DNA of 62,236 nt, counting the filler, from Babesia bigemina (taxonomy: Eukaryota), in the NCBI RefSeq assembly GCF_000981445.1. It is 9 parts of 9 records of this genome, joined end to end, with 100 filler letters (N's around TTAATTAATTAA, not from the genome) between each part and the next. Parts side by side here need not be neighbours in the genome. Positions count along the whole stretch, not along the records: positions 43,372 to 62,236 come from NW_012237122.1; 8 more parts are not named here. One strand, given 5' to 3'. A program made the translations under genes and the position numbers. Numbering within the stretch: the first letter of the stretch is position 1; each line of letters begins with the position of its first letter. Shown here piece after piece: positions 44,961 to 56,100 of this stretch. The notes under the pieces are model-generated. The model saw only the letters and a list, made by a program, of their open reading frames with translations. It was not told the DNA's origin and made no database searches.

Positions 44961-47900
44961 TTGGAGGACATTGTGTCCAAGCTCATTAGCCTTGGTCACC
45001 TTGCTGGACAGCTTGGAGGATTTGTTGGTGAGAGTGAGAGTGTTAAGAAAGCCGTTAAGAATGCTATTATCGCTAAAATTAACAGTAATGAAGAGCTTAA
45101 GAATGTTTACTCTTCTTATGTTACTACCCTTTCTGAGTCTGTCAAGTCTGGTGTCCAGGCTGATGACACCCAGAAAATTAGTGAGCTTAGTAAGTTAGTT
45201 ACTAGTCAAATTGCTGTAATTAATAATCAACTTAATAGCCCTAAAAACCTTTATAATAATCTTCTTTCTTCCCCCTCTCCCTCTGCTGACTCAGCCAAAT
45301 TGCAGTCCAAGTTGGCCGCTTTGAAGGAAGTGGAGAAGCTTTGTGGATTTTATGGGAATCTTAAGAATGCAAAAGATGAGCCTAAAAATCTCCTTGTTAA
45401 TTTATGTGACGGCCTCGAAACATTCCTCGGCTTCAACAAAGACTCCAAAGGCTACGACGGCAGTGGCATTGTGTACTCTGACTTGGACAGGCTGTGTGAC
45501 GGGGTGATGGGATTTTTGTATCAGGTGCTTAAGGATGTCAGCGAGAAACAGCCTTACAGTGTGGGTAAAAATGATTTAAAACATTTTGTTGAGAGTGAAT
45601 TAAGGCCTAAATTATCCGCCGGGCGTGAGGGTTTTAGTGTCATTGAGACGGTGGCGGAGAAGGTGCGGGAGTATAATGGTAAAGTGAAAGAGTCTAACGA
45701 CCATGTGAAAACAATGATAAACAATATGAATAATGACATGAAAACGCTCCAAAATGAGGTAGGTAAAATTTTAGAAAATAATGCTGATTCAGAAAATCTT
45801 GATGAAGTCATGCAGGCTGAAACCTTGGTCACTAAGCTGGCCGACGAGTATGCAAAAAAAGGTATGAATTTCGATAGTAATTTTGTCATAAGAGAAATAA
45901 ACGCATGGAGGACAGGTGCTAATGTTGAGCCAAAGCAGCAATTTAAAGACTTGAATGCTGACCTGAGATTAAAAATAACCCATGCGAGAAACAATATCAC
46001 GCATGAGGCTGAGAGGCTTACGACACTGTCGAAGAAGCAAAAAGAGAATTTGGCTGCGATGACTAGTATGATTAGTAATAAGCTCAAAACGCTTAAAAGC
46101 TGTGTCAATGAGCGAATTTTGAAAGATGTCAATGAGCTTGTTAGCAAGGTGAATGAGAAAGTCGCGGCAATTTTGCAATTGCTAAAGAGGATCAGCGCGA
46201 CGCTTTGGAATTATGTTAATGAATTAGGGAGGTGGATTAAAGATGCAGACGAAATGGTGATTCAAGCAATTAAGGATACGAAAGAAATCGAGCAAAAAGG
46301 ACCGGGTTGGCAAAACCAGGATAACATAAATGAGAAAGCCAAGGAGTTCAAGGACAAGGCTACGGATCTCTACTGGAAATTTGAGGGTGCGAAGCGGTCT
46401 GTGGTTGATGGTATTGATAAGGCAAAAAAAGAAAATGTTAGCGAGTTGGATAAGTGGAAGAAGGCAGGTGACGCGGCCGTTACGAAGGCGAAGCAGAAGT
46501 GCGGTGTCATTGTTGAGAAGTTGAAGGGGAGTGATAGCTCAACACATCCTGAAAGAGACGAAATTACGAAGGCAGCTAAAGAGTTGCAAACTACCGCTGA
46601 TGATCTAAGAAAGAAGGCGTTTGAGGCTAAGACGCAGGTTACCCAGTTGGTCGAAAAAGCGTTAGGGGAGGTTAAAAAGATGGACGAGGAGCTTAGGAAG
46701 AATTTGAAATCGGTGAAGGATGGGATTAAAAGAGAGATGAAGAGTTACATCACGGGAGATCTGAATGACAAGATCAAAGCAGCGCTGACGGAGCTTACTG
46801 ATAAGATTGCTAAAGAAGGTGGAGTACCGCCAGGGCATTTGGATAAGATTGTTGCCGGCGTGAAGGAGTATGCTAAGGGATTCAAGCAGGCGTTTGCGAG
46901 TATAGTACAGGCGTGGGTGAGTGCTATTGTAAAGAGTGAGGGAGTGCAGCAATTGATTGATTGGTATGTCAGCCGTAATAAGAGTTATAGTGCGTTGAAA
47001 GTGTCCGAAGAGCACACAGTGAAAGAAATAGTTATTAAACATGTTACAGATACTTTAAAATCGCTTCCTGGTTCATCCAACACAGCCATGGGTACCCGGA
47101 ATACGCCTCGTGAGAATTTGGCGGATATCAAAGAATATCTTAATAGCTATGCGAAAGAAGTAGTAAATAAGAGACATGCTATAATAGGTCTGATTGAAGG
47201 TGACGTAAAGCAGAATGAGCAAACACAACACTCATCTCGTTATAAAAATGATCTTCTAACAAAAGCTATCCAAACTGTGCTTACGTCAGTGTCGGAGGCG
47301 GCTGGAAAAATGGCTATTTACTTTGAAAAATATTCTGCTACAGCTGAAATAAGTAATCTGGACACCGCTATAAAAGAGGTCACAGGCCTCGGAGATACGC
47401 TTCACGATCAGATTCAAGGGTTCGCTACGGGTACCCAATTTGGCAATGTTACGACGGAAATAGCCAGCAGGGTGCAGGAGAAAATAGGGGAGGATGATAG
47501 AAAGAACATACCAGATGGATTACGTGATCCGGATAAGGTGACTCTTTCCCATCAATTCGCCACCTACAAAAGTCACGTTGATTCATCGAGTCTGCGTAAA
47601 GGCGCTGAGATAACAGGCAGTGAAGGCACCCTCCCGCAAACCATAAAAAGTATTCAAACAACGGTTAATACAAATGAAAACTGCTTGAAAAATGTTGACG
47701 ATACTAATGGCAATCAGCCACAAAAATTTAACAAAGCCACTTTCTCCACCCTGCGCGCCACCGTCGACACGAGTCTGGAACAATTCACCGACGCCGTACA
47801 GAAACTTGTTAAAGGCGACGCTAACAATGAAGTCCACGCATACCTAGAGGATTTGGGGAAAATGCTTAAGGCAGGAGATTCTGTTGAGCTCTCCTCTGAC

Positions 47901-50900
47901 GGCTTAAAAGGTCAACATACTGTCAAAGGCCTCGTGACGATCAAGAGTGAAATTGACGCTGCGCTCGAGGGGATAAAAAATAAAGCTGAGACGGATTTCA
48001 CGGCTGAAAAAAAAGCGACAGAGGGTGGAGCCGTATTCACAACTTTGTCCACCGCGATCACTACGAATCTCAAAGACCTTTTGGCAGCTTTCGAGGAGGC
48101 AGGCAAACAAGTGAACGAACATTTGCAAAAATTAGAAACCAACATCGGCAAGAAGGAACATGGCACAAATGCTGCGGATAACACGCTGCAAAAAATCCAC
48201 GACAATCTTGTGGCCTTGTTAAACGGTGACATAAGCCAGGTCATCAAAGATGCTACAGCCTTCAAAAAACAAGCCAATCAATTGCGTGATAAGACAATAC
48301 GAGATTTGAACGGACACGTCGAAGATGAAGTCAAAAAAGCCGAAACCTCTCTCATCACCCAGGCCAACAAAAACTACGTGACGTCCGTCAAAGAGATGCT
48401 GCAGGCCTTTGCCGACAAGGTGCAGAAGGAACTAAAGCCCCTCCCCGGCGAGATCGACACCGACAGGCAGCACGGCTTTAAGGGTTTTATGCGGACGTTG
48501 CAGGGGACGATTAACGGTGATGAGACCAACGAAGACAATATTGAGAGACTCAAGGGTCTCGTAGGTCAGCTGTCGAGAAATGTGAATCATAAGGATGCGT
48601 TCAAAAATCTGTCGCAGAAATTCAAGGAATTCTGGCATCCACTCAACACGTACATCAAAGCAGAGATCAAACGCGTTCACGAAGCGAATAACGAGAAAAC
48701 CAATCCCAAGCCCACCGGCGTGGAACAGCTGTACACCTCCAAACTCGACGCTGCGCATTCCGCACTCAACAGCCTGCTCGATCACATTAGTAATCACCGC
48801 TATAACCACGAACTCACCTCCATGCTAGATCAGCTCGCCTCCGCAACTGCCACCCTCGCTCCCGAATCCTTCGCCAGGACCACGACTCCTCTGCTCGACA
48901 GTACCGGCAAGGGTGTTGAAGGGTTTGTTAGTGAAGTTGGAAAGGCGTACATCTCCGCGTACGACGGTGAGACGTTCGCCGATGATTTGGTTAAAGGTGA
49001 TAAAACATTGACTAAATATGGCATGTATTACGCCAAAGTATTCCTTACCGCATTGCGTACTCTCGACGTATCGTTGTATGGGTTGAAGCATGAGTGCAAG
49101 AGTCTGACGGGACAAAAAATCAATTCATCCACCGATCTCGGAAGATTGTTCGTGCGCCTCGGCTTTAAGGTTTCGGAAGAGAATAAAGAACACTGGGAGC
49201 TGCAAAACAGAACAGTCATAAGCGGCCAGTACGTTTCCAACAGACTCACTTGGAGGGTCAGCGGCGCCAATGACAACCAACACCTTAAAATGTGTGAATC
49301 GAAGAAACGTGATAATGACAATTACTTCAATGTGTTTGATATAATTAGATGCCTAGCGACTCACGCCAAGCAGTACTTCGAAGTTTGCCACTATTCCACT
49401 TCCACAGCGAAGAGACAACCATGCTCCGCGTACGAAATGCTCATATGGCTGGCAGGGCTTCCACATAACAGGGTGTACGATGAGTTGGTAACTGATGGTC
49501 TTAGTGAACCATTCGCAAATCCTAACAAGCAAACAAAGGAGACAGACGGTGATATCGAGTTCACTGTATTTGACCTGCACGACTCCAATCTGGATGCGTA
49601 CCCTAAACAGATCACGTATAAGGGCGTCGTGAAGGTGCTGAACCACGTATGCTCAGCATCGTATGACGTCTTGACAACAATATCCGGACATGGCGATGCC
49701 ATGAGCATCTACGGAAGCGACTTTTGCAATAACTCACTATCAATGAAGTACCCCTCCAAGGGAGATGATTGTCTCATCACCGTTGTGGACGTACTGCGTA
49801 GACTTCTGCCGCAGCTGCAATACTTGTTCAACCGTTGTAGGCACAGCGCAGACGATTATGGATGGCGCAATTGCCGTTACGGCAGGGATATCCCGTCGGC
49901 CACATCCCAATGTACCGACCACTCAAGCGACAAAGCAGAAAGCCAACCAAAGTGTCAACCAACGTGCCAGGCAAACAGCAAAGTAGATTGCCAACCAACG
50001 TCTCCATTAATGTCCTACTTATACGATTGCTTGCCCGGACATTTACCGCACCAAATAAGCAGTATTGGTTGCAAACCTAAATGTACAACATGCCCTGGTA
50101 GTAAACCCGGAATGCCCTGCTTAACGCCCATGGGATTCCGTTGTTTTTCTGGGTCAACCAAAACAGGGGAGAATGTATGTGAAATACTGCGGTTATTCTT
50201 CGGTGGTGGTCTGCTTTCATCTCTTCTCTGCCTGGTTCCCCAGCCGCCATCTACGTTACCGGAACACTTTGGTTTTGCTCTGTCACTTGGCAGACAGTGG
50301 AATGACTCCGGTAGCAATATAATTGCAGAGTCCTTTGCATCATCTATCGATGGCGCATCTATTGGCCTATATACTGAACCATCAAAACTCAGCGAAGTAC
50401 TTAGGAACACCTATGCTAGCACGCCGAGTGATCATGCATGGCCGCATACGGAAGCTGAAAAATCCGATTTGTCGAGCTTATCGACGACCACGTCATGTAT
50501 GCTTCCTAACAAACGCAACATTTATTGCGCTCCATATCTTTCCACACTATGGCAAGAGAACTATATGTACTTGGCTAAAAAACACGTTAAACTATACTTA
50601 TCGTGGGCCGTCTATCTCCCTTGGGAATTTTGGAAATATCTCGATGAGCTATATACTGCATTTTGTGGTATCTCATGTCAGCAGTACGGATGTCGCAGTT
50701 GTATAAACAGCGACACGTGTAGATCCGGTAAGCATGGTGTGGACTACAACTGCAAATGCTGGAGTATTGTTAGATGTCGCGGAGTGCAAAGCACATTCTA
50801 CAGTTACGGATTCGCATTTGGCGATTCAAAAAAATTGTTGGACGAAGACGAAAAAAGATATTGTCACGATTTCTGTTCTCAATTGAGCAACGTACTTAAT

Positions 50901-51155
50901 TCCGATTATTTCAAAAAACTGTTCACGGAATGTGACGAATTCATATTTACCATCAGGCAGCCGTTTATATGGCTCAACATCGCGCTCTGGTCACTATCGC
51001 TCTTCTACCTCATCTGCGTGATGGTTGGCAGACTGGATGTGCTCCACATACGCTCACACCTGAGGATACCGTCATCGCACAAGATAACGGCGCAGTCATT
51101 GTTGGCTGCAGCGCAAGTCGGAAGGCTTGCCAAGATATCGTACCTGCAACCGTAA
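44961..51155 (+). CDS. ves-like variant surface antigen family protein (AKISYLQP tail class)
   Basis: 2064-codon ORF with SLGHLAGQLGGFVG, GIVYSDLDRLCDGVMGFL, CQP repeat and TM; track start is TTG and the first in-frame ATG is 45507. Confidence 0.85.
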   Translation: MEDIVSKLISLGHLAGQLGGFVGESESVKKAVKNAIIAKINSNEELKNVYSSYVTTLSESVKSGVQADDTQKISELSKLVTSQIAVINNQLNSPKNLYNNLLSSPSPSADSAKLQSKLAALKEVEKLCGFYGNLKNAKDEPKNLLVNLCDGLETFLGFNKDSKGYDGSGIVYSDLDRLCDGVMGFLYQVLKDVSEKQPYSVGKNDLKHFVESELRPKLSAGREGFSVIETVAEKVREYNGKVKESNDHVKTMINNMNNDMKTLQNEVGKILENNADSENLDEVMQAETLVTKLADEYAKKGMNFDSNFVIREINAWRTGANVEPKQQFKDLNADLRLKITHARNNITHEAERLTTLSKKQKENLAAMTSMISNKLKTLKSCVNERILKDVNELVSKVNEKVAAILQLLKRISATLWNYVNELGRWIKDADEMVIQAIKDTKEIEQKGPGWQNQDNINEKAKEFKDKATDLYWKFEGAKRSVVDGIDKAKKENVSELDKWKKAGDAAVTKAKQKCGVIVEKLKGSDSSTHPERDEITKAAKELQTTADDLRKKAFEAKTQVTQLVEKALGEVKKMDEELRKNLKSVKDGIKREMKSYITGDLNDKIKAALTELTDKIAKEGGVPPGHLDKIVAGVKEYAKGFKQAFASIVQAWVSAIVKSEGVQQLIDWYVSRNKSYSALKVSEEHTVKEIVIKHVTDTLKSLPGSSNTAMGTRNTPRENLADIKEYLNSYAKEVVNKRHAIIGLIEGDVKQNEQTQHSSRYKNDLLTKAIQTVLTSVSEAAGKMAIYFEKYSATAEISNLDTAIKEVTGLGDTLHDQIQGFATGTQFGNVTTEIASRVQEKIGEDDRKNIPDGLRDPDKVTLSHQFATYKSHVDSSSLRKGAEITGSEGTLPQTIKSIQTTVNTNENCLKNVDDTNGNQPQKFNKATFSTLRATVDTSLEQFTDAVQKLVKGDANNEVHAYLEDLGKMLKAGDSVELSSDGLKGQHTVKGLVTIKSEIDAALEGIKNKAETDFTAEKKATEGGAVFTTLSTAITTNLKDLLAAFEEAGKQVNEHLQKLETNIGKKEHGTNAADNTLQKIHDNLVALLNGDISQVIKDATAFKKQANQLRDKTIRDLNGHVEDEVKKAETSLITQANKNYVTSVKEMLQAFADKVQKELKPLPGEIDTDRQHGFKGFMRTLQGTINGDETNEDNIERLKGLVGQLSRNVNHKDAFKNLSQKFKEFWHPLNTYIKAEIKRVHEANNEKTNPKPTGVEQLYTSKLDAAHSALNSLLDHISNHRYNHELTSMLDQLASATATLAPESFARTTTPLLDSTGKGVEGFVSEVGKAYISAYDGETFADDLVKGDKTLTKYGMYYAKVFLTALRTLDVSLYGLKHECKSLTGQKINSSTDLGRLFVRLGFKVSEENKEHWELQNRTVISGQYVSNRLTWRVSGANDNQHLKMCESKKRDNDNYFNVFDIIRCLATHAKQYFEVCHYSTSTAKRQPCSAYEMLIWLAGLPHNRVYDELVTDGLSEPFANPNKQTKETDGDIEFTVFDLHDSNLDAYPKQITYKGVVKVLNHVCSASYDVLTTISGHGDAMSIYGSDFCNNSLSMKYPSKGDDCLITVVDVLRRLLPQLQYLFNRCRHSADDYGWRNCRYGRDIPSATSQCTDHSSDKAESQPKCQPTCQANSKVDCQPTSPLMSYLYDCLPGHLPHQISSIGCKPKCTTCPGSKPGMPCLTPMGFRCFSGSTKTGENVCEILRLFFGGGLLSSLLCLVPQPPSTLPEHFGFALSLGRQWNDSGSNIIAESFASSIDGASIGLYTEPSKLSEVLRNTYASTPSDHAWPHTEAEKSDLSSLSTTTSCMLPNKRNIYCAPYLSTLWQENYMYLAKKHVKLYLSWAVYLPWEFWKYLDELYTAFCGISCQQYGCRSCINSDTCRSGKHGVDYNCKCWSIVRCRGVQSTFYSYGFAFGDSKKLLDEDEKRYCHDFCSQLSNVLNSDYFKKLFTECDEFIFTIRQPFIWLNIALWSLSLFYLICVMVGRLDVLHIRSHLRIPSSHKITAQSLLAAAQVGRLAKISYLQP

Positions 51156-51294
51156 TTATAGTCACACTTGTAACTCATTGTAACTCACGTAACTACTCAC
51201 CTAGCATCACCTACTCACCTAACTTATGAATTGTGCTTCAATGTTTCGTATCACTCATTAATCGTTGTATGTGATTGTGTAGTAGTTAACTAAA

Positions 51295-51582
51295 GTGGTG
51301 ACCAAAGTGCTGACCAAAGTGGTGACCAATGTGCTGACCAATGCCATGACCAAAGTGGTGACCTAGCACCTGACCAATGTGCTGACCAGCGTGCTGACCA
51401 ATGTGCTGACCAATGCCATGACCAATGCCATGACCAATGCCATGACCAAAGTGGTGACCAATGCCACGACCAACGTGGTGACCAATGTGCTGACCTACCA
51501 CCTGACCAACGTGGTGACCCAAGTGCTGACCAATGCCATAACCAAAGTGCTGACCAACGTGCTGACCAACGTGCTGACCAAG
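51295..51582 (+). repeat. 12-bp array
   Basis: Directly visible. Confidence 0.95.
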
Positions 51583-51585
51583 TTG

Positions 51586-51826
51586 ATGGTCACGGCAGCG
51601 AGGACATGGTCACGGCAGCGATGACATGGTCACAGCAGCGGTGACATCGTTACGGCAGCGATGACATGGTCACGGCAGCGATGACATAGTCACGGCAGCG
51701 ATGACATGGTTACAGCAGCGATGACAAGGTCACGGCAGCGATGACAAGGTCACGGCAGCGATGACATGGTCACGGCAGCGATGACATGGTTACGGCAGCG
51801 ATGACATGGTCTCGGCAGCGATGACA
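51586..51826 (+). repeat. 20-bp array
   Basis: Directly visible. Confidence 0.95.
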
Positions 51827-51850
51827 GTAGTGACTTAAGTGGTGATTATC

Positions 51851-52897
51851 ATCCACTCTACATCGCTCCCTAACCCACTCTACATCGCCCCTTTACCCAC
51901 TCTACATCGCCCCTTTATCCACTCTACATCGCCCCTTTATCCACTCTACATCGCTCCTTTATCCACTCTACATCGCCCCTTAACCCACTCCACATCGCCC
52001 CTTTATCCACTCTTCATCGCTCCCTAACCCACTCCACATCGCCCCTTTACCCACTCCACATCGCCCCTTAACCCACTCTACATCGCTCCCTAACCCACTC
52101 TACATCGCCCCTTATCCACTCTACATCGCCCCTTTAACTACTCTACATCGCCCCTTTATCCACTCTACATCGCTCCTTTATCCACTCTACATCGCCCCTT
52201 AACCCACTCTACATCGCCCCTTACCCACTCTACATCGCTCCTTGATCCACTCCACATCGCCCCTTTACCCACTCTACATCGCCCCTTAACCCACTCTACA
52301 TCGCTCCTTTATCCACTCCACATCGCCCCTTTATCCACTCTACATCGCTCCCTTATCCACTCTACATCGCTCCTTTGTCCACTCCACATCGCTCCCTTAT
52401 CCACTCTACATCGCCCCTTTACCCACTCTACATCGCCCCTTATCCACTCTACATCGCTCCTTATCCACTCCACATCGCTCCCTAACCCACTCTACATCGT
52501 CCCTTAACCCACTCTACATCGCCCCTTTACCCACTCTACATCGCCCCTTTACCCACCCTTCATCGCCCCTTTACCCACTCCACATCGCCCCTTATCCACT
52601 CTACATCGCTCCCTAACCCACTCTACATCGCCCCTTTATCCACTCTACATCGCCCCTTAACCCACTCTACATCACTCCCTAACCCACACTACATCGCCCC
52701 TTTACCCACTCTACATCGCTCCTTTATCCACTCTACATCGCCCCTTAACCCACTCTACATCGCCCCTTTACCAACTCCACATCGCTCCCTTATCCACTCC
52801 ACATCGCCCCTTTATCCACTCTACATCTCCCCTTAACCCACTCCACATCGCCCCTTTACCCACTCCTCATCGCCCCTTAACCCACTCTACATCGCCC
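51851..52897 (+). repeat. 21-22-bp array 5' of antigen ORF
   Basis: Directly visible. Confidence 0.95.
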
Positions 52898-53130
52898 AAA
52901 TTACCTTGTCATTATACCGCTATGACCTTCTTAAACCATTTTAATAACTTGTGCCTTGTCACCCTTCACTTCCCTCTTCCACCTTTTGCCACTGCCATGT
53001 CCCATCATGTTCACCCTAACTCCAAATCTCTCTAATTACTTCGTCTTATTAACGCTATGACCTCCATTAAACATTATAATAACTTGCTGATACTGACCAT
53101 TCTCTTACTGACGATGCTACTAGAAGAGCC

Positions 53131-56100
53131 TTGAATGACATCCAGTCCAAGTTGCAGCAGGTTAAAAAGCTTGGAGAGAGTCTTAAAGGATTGACTGAAG
53201 AAAACAGTTGTAAAAATCTCTTAGAGAATTTATGTTCCGGCCTCGAAACTTTCCTCGGCTTCAACTCTGAGACTAAAGGCTACGACGGCTCTGGCATTGT
53301 GTACTCCGACCTGGATAGGCTGTGTGACGGGGTGATGGGATTTTTGAGTGGTGTTCTCAGTAACATCAAAGGCCATTTAGGGCAGCATAAAAATGAAATT
53401 AATGATGCAATTGAAGCTTTGAAGACCAATAAACACGGCGGCAAAAAAGGTTTTAATGTCGCGATTGGAAAGGTGGTCGCAGGGGTGCGGGGGTATAATG
53501 ATGCTGTCATGAAGTCGAATAAAAAGGTGAGTGATGTATTAACAAAAATGCAGAAAGATGCAGATAAATATTCAGCAGAAAGATTAGAAAAATTGTTGCC
53601 TCCACGAAATGCGGATGACCCCGTGAAAATTGTTAATCTCATCGTAGCCGCCGACCAGACAGTGGAAGAATGTCTAAAAGAAGCCGACAAATTCAACAAC
53701 GCTTTAGATATGAAAAACAATGCGGAGGAATTAAGAAACGCAATTAGAGACTTAAATCCTAATTTGAGTACTAAAATAGAGAACGTGCGTGAAAATATTA
53801 AGCATGAACGTGAAGGACTGAACAAGTTGGCAGGACATGAAAAGAATGATTTACAGAGTATGGAAGCAAAAATTAAAACAAAGCTTCACGACGTCAAATG
53901 TAAGGTAAATGAGCATATTAAAAAAAAGGTTAAGCAACTGGTGGAGAGGCTGAAGGAAAAGGTTCGTGAAATTAGAGCAAAACTTGTTGACATTGAAGAC
54001 AAGTTGGCGCAGTACGTCAAGGAACTTGAGAGCTGGATGAAAGAGGCCAAGAAAGTCATCGATACCTTATTGACAACGGTAGACAAAATTAAAAAGGAAG
54101 TCGATGGTGATGCAGCGACCAAAAATCTGCCACAACTTCAGGCCGCGATTAAAAAAATCGGAGAAGAACTTGGACATCGGGTTGGCGATTTGGACACTTG
54201 GAAGGGTAAGGCGGAGGGTGTGCTGAGCGAAGCTATTACGAAGACGACGGAAGTGCATGATGATTTGGAGCCGAAGGAAAACAAAAGGGATGCACGTGAT
54301 AAAACGCAAATTGGTAAAGCCTTAGATGGAATTACAAGTGCTAATACACAGATTGGCGTAATAAAAAAAAGTCTCCAAGATGAAGTTGCTAATTTGGATA
54401 AGTGGAAGACGGAGGCAGGAGATATTATTGGCAAGGCCGAGCGTAAATGTAAAAAAATACTTGCAGACGTTGATACGAATGGCTCAACAATTAGGGAAAA
54501 AGCAAAGCTCTTACAAGATTTGGCTGGTAAACTTTTAACGGCTTACAGCTCAGCATATACTAAAATTAAGAGGTTGCCAGGTGAACTGAAATCGATGCTA
54601 TCTAAACTCGAAGAGGTATATCAGCATAAATTAAAAGATGTACATAACAAGGTGATCAGTGCTATTGGCGAAGAAACAGCCCCGGGGAAAGCGACTGGCA
54701 TTTTGGACGTTCTTAACAGGTTGGATGAGCATGTTAAAAATGATCTGGTTAGTCTTAGGGGTAGGATTAAAAATGAAGTAATTGATGCATACGTCAAGAT
54801 GATGAAGGAAATACAGATTACCAGTAATAACGGCGCCGGTACTATTACGCTGAATGTGCCCAGAAGAGATGGGGAGGGGAAGCCTCAGGGCCAGACGCCG
54901 GTAACTCTTAGCGTTGCTGTTGCTGGAAGAATTGCTGACGGTCTAAATGGTAATAATTCACCCATTGCGAAGTGGCTTAATCAGGCTGCAAGTGGACTGC
55001 AGAATAGTATAATTCCAGACTTCAAGTACAAATATCTCTGGACAGACAAAAATCCACTTGACAATGTTGATGCACTCGTCAAGATTCTTCGAACTGGACT
55101 AAAAAATCATGAGAATAAATCAATCATCGACGCTATTGGCGACAGTTTGAACGAAGAACTTCAACAGTTGATCAAGGACAAAGAAAGCATACATTTGAAA
55201 ACAGCAACTGAATCTCCCGACAATGCTCTCATGCCAGAATATAAAGCATCGACAACACGCACTCCTACTGAAGGAGAGCTTAGAGCGGCCATAAAAGATA
55301 TTAAAAGCCACGTTCAATACATGAAGCGTGATAGTCCAACCGATGTCGACGTTGAAAGCTTTCAAGGTTACAACTCTGCGCATACATCTCTCAACATCCA
55401 AAGCGAGAAAGGTGCTAGAGGCGATATTACACAAAAGATTGCCGAAGTGGACAACGCTTTGTCAGACTTCAAGGCGGGTGATCATGTGGACCAACACGGC
55501 CATGGAGCCGTGAGTGAAACCAAAAAGAAAATTACTTCAGCATTCAGAGTGATTGAAAATGAGCTCGAATGGCTGACTAAACTTGTTAGTGATGAGAGCG
55601 GTGGAGATGCATATTCAAACAATGACAATAAAGGTGTCAAGGTGTATCTCGGGCAGCTGCAAAAGGGACTCGAAAGTGAACAGATTCCGTATGCGTTCGC
55701 TAAAGGGCTAAAAATCATTCATGACTCGCTTCACCGTTTGCAAGGCGAAACTCTGCCTCCGCAAATATCTGCCATCCAAGTGGCCGTTGAATCAATTACA
55801 TCAGTTATTACTAAGCTGAGATCAACATTAAGTGGTCAGGTCACAACGAAGTTGGAAGCGTTAAGAACGCATGGCCTTAATGATGGCGACGCACCGTGGA
55901 CAGCTGACGGTCAACCAACCAAAGGTCTCATGACAATCAAGGCGGAAATCGAAAAAATTAAATCCACCAACGTACCCGGTGTTGAAACCAAACTAAAAGA
56001 CCTCTGCACAGCAATTCGATCCATTTGCAGAGACGCCAAGGAATACTTGGAAGGTATGAAAAATGGCAGAATCGATGTTGAACTGAAAAAAATTAGAGAT

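Noticed and set aside
44887..45198. Out-of-frame ORF MTSLKHHNNLLILTILLVTML as a signal peptide
   Set aside because: The hydrophobicity is explained by NNT-rich codons of the main frame read in a shifted frame, and its length is not conserved (25-103 aa); kept only as a possible uORF
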